Shown here: piece after piece, positions 62,960-64,000 of the stretch | Layout: the number at the start of each line of letters is the position of its first letter | Position numbering within the stretch: position 1 is the first letter of the stretch | DNA from: Takakia lepidozioides | Taxonomy: Eukaryota; Plantae; Bryophyta | Reading direction: 5' to 3' | Assembly: GCA_030704615.1 (NCBI GenBank) | Contig: CM060733.1 | Span: forward strand, 50,530,001 to 50,594,000 | Length of the DNA stretch: 64,000 nucleotides | Translations under genes and position numbers: made by a program | The notes under the pieces: model-generated | The model's input: the letters and a program-made list of their open reading frames with translations, nothing else | Told to the model about the DNA's origin: nothing | Databases searched by the model: none

Positions 62960-63575
62960 GCACGCATGGGCTTGTCTTGTATGCTTCTCTCTCTCTCTCT
63001 CTCTCTCACACATGCTCATGTATAGGCTACGGCAAACAACATCTTTTGAGTACGTTCTCTCTCTCATGTATATGCCTTTACTGGGTCTTTATAGAAGGAC
63101 ACGAAAGATGAACCAATAAGATTGTGTGGCAGCTCGAAATCAAACCTAGGTCTCCACTGCCACAACATGGTGCTCTTCTTTTTATTTCTTCCACACGGGT
63201 GGTACAGTAGTCACGGTGAGAGATTCACCACATGTATGTGTGTGTGCCAGGAAGACAGATCTAGCTACATCAAACACTCAATTCATGGGAGGAAAATTTC
63301 AGGGCAGTCTGACATTGTGTCAAGGCTACCTTCCTCCACAACACCTAGGGTGTGTGGAGTGGCTGTGATCAGATTTGAGTTGCGCACCCATCTTATTTGA
63401 AGGGCAGCTTTACTCCAGAGTTTTTACTGGAAATAATCTCAACAAAGTCAGGGGATGATTGAATGGCTAACTGTGTGTCAAACTGCCTTAACAACATGTA
63501 ACGCAAGAGGGTGATCCGCCCTCATGATTGATCAAGCACAACGTTCTGAGGGCTTGCAAGAGGATTGGAATTGAT

Positions 63576-64000
63576 CTAGAATCTATTGTCGTCCACAGTG
63601 ATGCTGTCAGTGATGCTATCGGATGGTGTGTCGTCGAGCCTTTCAACTTGCTTGTCACTCTTCATCCTTGGCTTCTTTGCGTCTGGTGCAAACTTGCCTT
63701 GGGGCCTTTCAACTTGCTTGTCAGTATGAATCCTTGGCTTCTTTGCAACCGGTGCAAATTTACCTTTGGGCCTTTTATGCGACAGCTTTGCAGGAGTTTC
63801 CATGCGGCTTACAGTGGGGCTTCGCTTGCCCTTGCGACCACGACTTTTACCTCTCGACGAGGAAGATGAGTTTCCCCGTCTTGATGAGCTTCCCCGTCTT
63901 GCACGTTTGACCTCCGTTCGGCTGTTTCTGAGGGCCTTCTTCAACCGCGTACCCAGTGACTTTTTTGCCTTGTTGGGTATCTTACGCTCGTATTTGTCCT
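63576..64000 (-). CDS. 3' end of a Lys/Arg-rich hypothetical protein with internal repeats (5'-partial)
   Basis: Frame is open to the window edge. Contains a 22-aa repeat (PxGKFAPxAKKPRxxxDKQVER) and a 6-aa repeat (RRGxSS). Confidence 0.4.
   Translation of the reverse strand, partial: DKYERKIPNKAKKSLGTRLKKALRNSRTEVKRARRGSSSRRGNSSSSSRGKSRGRKGKRSPTVSRMETPAKLSHKRPKGKFAPVAKKPRIHTDKQVERPQGKFAPDAKKPRMKSDKQVERLDDTPSDSITDSITVDDNRF
63639..63780. repeat. 66-bp tandem repeat (about 2 units)
   Basis: CCTTTCAACTTGCTTGTCA..ATCCTTGGCTTCTTTGC..GGTGCAAA occurs twice, 66 bp apart. Confidence 0.9.

Overview
Gene-dense nuclear DNA from a land plant. Short GT-AG introns, (GA)n microsatellites and intronless PLS-DYW PPR genes suggest a non-seed plant such as a bryophyte, but the species cannot be determined. 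From left to right: (1) the 3' part of the plant PP2C/cyclic-nucleotide-binding/kinase gene, with LINE insertions in two introns; (2) an NADH pyrophosphatase NUDT19-like gene (-); (3) an SLX9-like ribosome biogenesis gene (+); (4) a pair of divergent orphan or degenerate spliced units; (5) DYW-PPR gene 1 (-); (6) TFIIF alpha/RAP74 (-) with intronic tandem repeats; (7) tRNA-Glu(TTC); (8) NSA2 (-) with a Tourist-type MITE; (9) DYW-PPR gene 2 (+) followed by a LINE fragment and PPR pseudogene relics; (10) a 9-exon gene (-, about 1220 aa) resembling the Fanconi anaemia core subunit FAAP100 along its whole length; (11) TSET/TPLATE LOLITA (-) head-to-head with a YIP4/Yip1 gene (+); (12) a TBL O-acetyltransferase (-) with duplicated 99-nt exons and one inverted copy; (13) a DnaJ-like zinc-finger gene (+); (14) the end of a basic, repetitive ORF. 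The top leads are the plant FAAP100-like gene, an RTEX-like LINE that appears to target (GA)n and re-insert at one site, and the exon duplication/inversion in the TBL gene. Exon models were built by eye and family calls rest on remembered motifs; no database searches were run.
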